64,000 nucleotides of DNA, taken from IMG/VR virus record IMGVR_UViG_3300015214_000001, positions 96,001-160,000 of that record; one strand, given 5' to 3'. This document shows, piece by piece, positions 59,460 to 64,000 of this stretch; the stretch's first letter is position 1, and each line of letters opens with the position of its first letter. Made by a program: the position numbers and the translations under genes. The notes beneath the pieces are model-generated. The model worked only from the letters and a program-made list of their open reading frames with translations, had not been told where the DNA came from and ran no database searches. The stretch comes from a virus. Lineage: Duplodnaviria; Caudoviricetes.

Positions 59460-62400
59460 TTAACCTCCTAACAGGTCTTGTTTTATCTTTGCAAATATGC
59501 CTTCAATATCTGGGGCGCTTTCGACCAATGCCGACTTCACTTTATCAGCTAATACCTCGTCTATATGAAGTGTCTCAAAGCGTAAACCCTTGTTAATGCC
59601 ATGTTTCAGCGTTGCTTTACGCCACTTGTTCAGTTCGGCAAGTGCTTTTCGAGTTGTCTCAACATCTTTAATATCAAAAAGTCTTATTTGTCCATCATAC
59701 TTGCCACTTGATATATTATCTTTGATTCGTTGCTCGCTCGATGAAACATCGTTAACAAATTCTAGCAAATCTGCTTGCATTGGTGGCGGCAATTGATTTA
59801 CATCAAAGCCTTGCTGATCTTGGATGTATCGGCTTAGTTTATGGAGGAGATTACTTCGTTCATACCCAATATAAAGCGCGTTCAGTTCTCTTTTTTCAAC
59901 ATCGCTCATCCACTTTTCAGACATATCTTTAACATCATCTTTAACAAATGATTTGCCACTATAATCCTCAAGCATAGTTAAAAATGGGACTTCATTTACA
60001 ACTTCATAATCCCCCCTGCTGACATATAACCCCATAGGACGAATAACCATCGGTGTTTCATGTCGCCTTACAAATGTATTTGGCGGGGCATATGCTAATG
60101 TAATATGTGGTGTAAAATTGCTAATTTTGCTATGTTGTGACAATGGTAAATTTAATGCCTGCATCCGCGTGATGACAGATGCTTGTAATGCTTTTAGATC
60201 ATCGGTTAATTCTACCGACGCATATATAACAGTAGCATCTGGGTTATCGAAAATATCAATATGAGACACGTAGATATTTAATGGAACTAATTCACTTGGC
60301 AATAACCCCATTAGGTGTTTCTCTGCATCACCATCAGCACTTAAGGCATACCCAAGTGTTATATGGAATGTGTCAGGTCTTTGCCATTCGATAGCAGTAT
60401 CATCACCTAATTCTGCGCTTAATTGGTCTTGTAGTTCAATCAAGCGTTCTTCATCACCAATCCACAATGATAAATATAGTTCTTGATTTTCTGACGTGCC
60501 GTCAGTTTGAGTTGCTATATTCTCGTAATAACTGCCGTTATCTGTATCAATATCCAACGTTTGTTCATCTAGCCATTCTTCAAACTCATCTGTTACACCT
60601 TCCACTTCATCGGCTACAGGTAGTGCGCTAGATGGCATAATATCTACCTCTCCACCATATAAAGGTGATAATGGCAATGGATCATTATCGCTGTTGTCAA
60701 TGACTAGTGTTTCCTCTGCTGCGCCGATTGGCCCATCAGTTCTAAGTGTTTGATTCCCCAAATAATCATTAAATGTCAATTGGCCGTCTGGTGAACCACC
60801 TAATGTTTTTTCTAAAAGCATATCTAACTCATCATCACGATTGCCTTGATGAGTAAAGCCACTTGGTGGGGTATCTGTTGGCTCAAGAGTTTCATCTGGA
60901 ATAGCGCGAACGCCATCATTGGCTTCTTCGATATTATCTTTAGACATCAATTCTTGAGCATAAGCATCATCTAACACATTAGCCACGCGCTTATATCCTG
61001 TTGTGGTATTATCTACAGGAATAGATAGTGCATCTTGAACGATGTCGCGCTTTACTAAATCATTATTGTAATACTCTAGTATTCTTTCGACACGTTGAGT
61101 ATCATGGTTCATCAGTTTATCTAACTTGACGCGAACTTCATCCGCATAACCATCAATGATATTGTCATCTGGGGGCAATCCTAGCTCTTGTCTTACTTCA
61201 CTACGTTTTAATATATTACCGCCCCATAATTCCATCACATTGCTGCGCTGTTCACCCACTTCATCTATGTAACCATCAACACCCTTTGGCCCTTCTTCTA
61301 TGTCTAATAGCGAGCGAGCTTCACCACGTTTAATAAGTTTTTCTCGCCATAAATCTTTAACTTGCTCGGCAAAGTCAGCGCCTCGTTCTAATTCTGATTG
61401 ATAACCATCTTCAAACTCTCTACCTTCTGGTACTGGCAAATTTAGTGCGCGTAGTGTCTGCGATTTTAAGGCTAAATCGCTATTCCAAGCATCTAAGGCA
61501 AATTGCTTTGATTGTTCAAGGTCTGAGCGATAGCCATCTGGCATACCAGGAGGCAACTCATGACCAAGCATCCTTAAAACTTCGCTTTTTAAGGCAAGGT
61601 CATTTGCCCATAACCAATCGGCATAAGTTTGTTGGCGCTGTGTAGGTAAATTTCCCGATGAGACAATCCTATCTAAAGGGGTTAATACACCGTCGTGAAG
61701 ATACCACCCATCAAGCTCTTTGACTGGTGGCATCTTCATCCGCACTCTAGCTTCATTGTAAGCCTGTAATTGACTATCAAAGAGGCTTACTTCAACACCA
61801 GCCCTATCGTCGCGATCAGCATCAAGTTCCGATATTTCACTTAAATCTATGACTAGCCGCATCCCATCGCGCAAGCCAAAGTCTCTAGCTAATGCTTCGA
61901 CGTAGCGTTCAGCTAGGGGGATAACGGTGTCATCCCATGCCCTTTTAATTAAGTCGGCATGTCGATCATGAGAACCACCAGAAGGCGTAACTATCAACTC
62001 CCTATCTAAGCCGATAGTTGTCGCAATGCCTTCTAAGGCTGTATCGTTCAAATCAGGAGCGCCAATCTCGCTGGCGCTAATTCCTACTTGCTCAATGCTT
62101 AATTTTTTATCTGTTACCATAGCACGCAAACTGGCATCCATGCCTTGCCAGTTGTCCTCAAATGCACGCTTTAATTTCAGCACATCCGAGTCTGTCATCA
62201 ACATAGAATCTTCTTCGCCTGATGACACTAAAATAAATGGCATCGCGCCACGAGTAAAATACTCTGCCATCCACTGAGCGATAGCAGAGTTAGCTACTGC
62301 TTCATGGATACAGACAGAAACCAATGATGTTCCACGAACGGGGTTAGCTGGATTCCATCGTGTAACATAAATAAATTCTTTACGTGTTAAGTAGGTTCGG

Positions 62401-63050
62401 TCTTTTAGAATGTCGCTTGTGGTGTTATAGCGATTAACGTTAACGCCATCAATGTCACCATAGATAGTCGTTATGTTCGCATCCCACATCGGCTTATCTA
62501 TCACATAAATACCAGCTACAGCGCCATCCTTGTAAGAATAAATCGGATTGCCTTCTCGATCTGCTATAACAGCGCGATTAGTTTTTACTTTATAGGCGAC
62601 AGAAGCTCCATAGATTGATTCGTTCAGCCAAGTTCTTGACAAATACTCAGCGCCATCTTTGCTGAGTATTTTATTTAAGCGGTCAGTTTCAGGTAAACGC
62701 ACCCATTGACCATCTTTTTCAATCTCAGCGACAATGTTTACACGCCTGATTAAATTCGCAACGCGGTTAATAGCCGCGTGCAAATAGACAGACGTTAAAT
62801 ATGCTGTTAAAACTTGGTTTTCAGAATAACCCAAGTTTCCAGCAGAGGCATTAATAAATGAACTAATGTGAGAGCTAAAAACATCAAAGCTCTTTATAGA
62901 TTGAGACGGGTCTATCAGTTTTATACCCCCGCCGCGATTGTCTGTATTATTCTGGTACAGAGCAGGGGAGTTAGGTTTTGAATAAGGCTTCTGAGAAGGC
63001 TTATTATTATCAAATTGTTGCACCATTGAGGTGATCGCTTTTATAACCAT
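59460..63050 (-). CDS. portal protein with tandem repeats and fused 2H phosphoesterase
   Basis: Portal motifs (YLHAAINRVA, NP..GTS, YF..GAMP, NEAR..MPP); two HxT motifs FHITLGY and PHITLAY. Confidence 0.9.
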   Translation of the reverse strand: MVIKAITSMVQQFDNNKPSQKPYSKPNSPALYQNNTDNRGGGIKLIDPSQSIKSFDVFSSHISSFINASAGNLGYSENQVLTAYLTSVYLHAAINRVANLIRRVNIVAEIEKDGQWVRLPETDRLNKILSKDGAEYLSRTWLNESIYGASVAYKVKTNRAVIADREGNPIYSYKDGAVAGIYVIDKPMWDANITTIYGDIDGVNVNRYNTTSDILKDRTYLTRKEFIYVTRWNPANPVRGTSLVSVCIHEAVANSAIAQWMAEYFTRGAMPFILVSSGEEDSMLMTDSDVLKLKRAFEDNWQGMDASLRAMVTDKKLSIEQVGISASEIGAPDLNDTALEGIATTIGLDRELIVTPSGGSHDRHADLIKRAWDDTVIPLAERYVEALARDFGLRDGMRLVIDLSEISELDADRDDRAGVEVSLFDSQLQAYNEARVRMKMPPVKELDGWYLHDGVLTPLDRIVSSGNLPTQRQQTYADWLWANDLALKSEVLRMLGHELPPGMPDGYRSDLEQSKQFALDAWNSDLALKSQTLRALNLPVPEGREFEDGYQSELERGADFAEQVKDLWREKLIKRGEARSLLDIEEGPKGVDGYIDEVGEQRSNVMELWGGNILKRSEVRQELGLPPDDNIIDGYADEVRVKLDKLMNHDTQRVERILEYYNNDLVKRDIVQDALSIPVDNTTTGYKRVANVLDDAYAQELMSKDNIEEANDGVRAIPDETLEPTDTPPSGFTHQGNRDDELDMLLEKTLGGSPDGQLTFNDYLGNQTLRTDGPIGAAEETLVIDNSDNDPLPLSPLYGGEVDIMPSSALPVADEVEGVTDEFEEWLDEQTLDIDTDNGSYYENIATQTDGTSENQELYLSLWIGDEERLIELQDQLSAELGDDTAIEWQRPDTFHITLGYALSADGDAEKHLMGLLPSELVPLNIYVSHIDIFDNPDATVIYASVELTDDLKALQASVITRMQALNLPLSQHSKISNFTPHITLAYAPPNTFVRRHETPMVIRPMGLYVSRGDYEVVNEVPFLTMLEDYSGKSFVKDDVKDMSEKWMSDVEKRELNALYIGYERSNLLHKLSRYIQDQQGFDVNQLPPPMQADLLEFVNDVSSSEQRIKDNISSGKYDGQIRLFDIKDVETTRKALAELNKWRKATLKHGINKGLRFETLHIDEVLADKVKSALVESAPDIEGIFAKIKQDLLGG

Positions 63051-63087
63051 AAGTCACCTGTGACGTTGAGTAAAAAGAAGGTGAAAC

Positions 63088-63999
63088 TTAAACACTTACC
63101 GAGAATAAGACTGTTGATTTGAGATTGTCGGCATTTGTGTTTTCAGTTGATGTAGAAATGACATTCGATTTGATATATTTAATATCCCCTGTATGTCGAT
63201 CTGTTACTGCAATCCCATTCAGATCGCCAATGTCCTTTAATGTCGTCTCTACTGCTTTTTGGTCATCGGCAAATCGCACGACTTCAATCAGGACATAACC
63301 ATCAGGCGGGTTATCTTGTGGCAAACGATAACTGTTATGCGCCACAGAATCAATCGCAAGGTCAATAATAGCATCATTAATGTGATGACCTGTGTATTTT
63401 TTAATGCCAGGCGCTTCATCGCCATGCGTTGCTGATGGTAAAGTTAAGCAGTCAGCAACCTTTTGCAGGGCATTCTCTAATCTATCAAGAGCTTTGTTTT
63501 GCCCGTCAATGATTTCCTCTGCGATCATCTTTTTTGGCTCATCAGCATTTTGTCTCTTACCTGCTTCAATTAGAGCTTGATGTAAAACAATGCGTGCTGA
63601 ACCAATACTATAGGTCGCATCTTGTAACGCACGGAAATATTTCCGCTTAGGCCCCGTTGTTACATTGGCCCATAATGGCAATGCCATTACTTGTAGCATG
63701 TGTTTATTTAAAGGGCTGATTAAATTAGCATAGCTAATCGGGTTAGCAGTAATGTCTTTATGGTCATCCACAATGCGTTTTAGTGTATCATGAACATCGC
63801 GGGTAATTTCGATCATGCTATCAATATCATCAGATGATTTAATAACGATCTTATTGTTTTTACGACTCTTAGTTGCCCCACGACCTCTTGGCTCTAAATC
63901 TGCGCCGAGCGTAATTGCCGAACCAGCACTTTCACCCTGCTCATTGATGAACCTTAGTTCATAACACTTCTGCCCATCAATATCAGAAACGCCAGTTAC
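63088..63999 (-). CDS. hypothetical protein upstream of portal, 5'-truncated by the window end
   Basis: Frame stays open from 63816 to 63999. Confidence 0.65.
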   Translation of the reverse strand, partial: VTGVSDIDGQKCYELRFINEQGESAGSAITLGADLEPRGRGATKSRKNNKIVIKSSDDIDSMIEITRDVHDTLKRIVDDHKDITANPISYANLISPLNKHMLQVMALPLWANVTTGPKRKYFRALQDATYSIGSARIVLHQALIEAGKRQNADEPKKMIAEEIIDGQNKALDRLENALQKVADCLTLPSATHGDEAPGIKKYTGHHINDAIIDLAIDSVAHNSYRLPQDNPPDGYVLIEVVRFADDQKAVETTLKDIGDLNGIAVTDRHTGDIKYIKSNVISTSTENTNADNLKSTVLFSVSV

Positions 64000-64000
64000 C

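Overview
A 64-kb segment of a large, AT-rich tailed dsDNA phage (or prophage) with siphovirus-type architecture, standard genetic code. The host is probably Chloroflexota (inference from protein resemblance, not checked). Right half (32.3-64 kb, minus strand) is the virion module: a 1196-aa portal with a fused 2H phosphoesterase, a protease-scaffold-HK97 capsid fusion, connectors, tail tube, chaperones with a -1 frameshift site, tape measure, tail tip and fibre genes. Left half holds DnaE, a metallophosphoesterase, tRNA-Arg(ACG) without encoded CCA next to a tRNA nucleotidyltransferase, a candidate lysis pair, a GIY-YIG nuclease, a tyrosine recombinase, a radical SAM enzyme and an SF2 helicase plus DNA methyltransferase. 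Best leads: (1) a second array of paralogous fibre genes alternating with glycosyltransferases, two of them frameshifted at a poly-G tract in the same linker (possible phase variation, though homopolymer sequencing error is not excluded); (2) three paralogous helical proteins with a shared N-terminal leader that looks like a capsid-targeting/protease signal; (3) the portal-2H fusion as a possible virion-borne counter-defence enzyme; (4) a recurrent 22-bp palindrome beside promoters, several of which lie inside hairpins with G-U pairs. All calls come from reading motifs by eye; no database searches were run.
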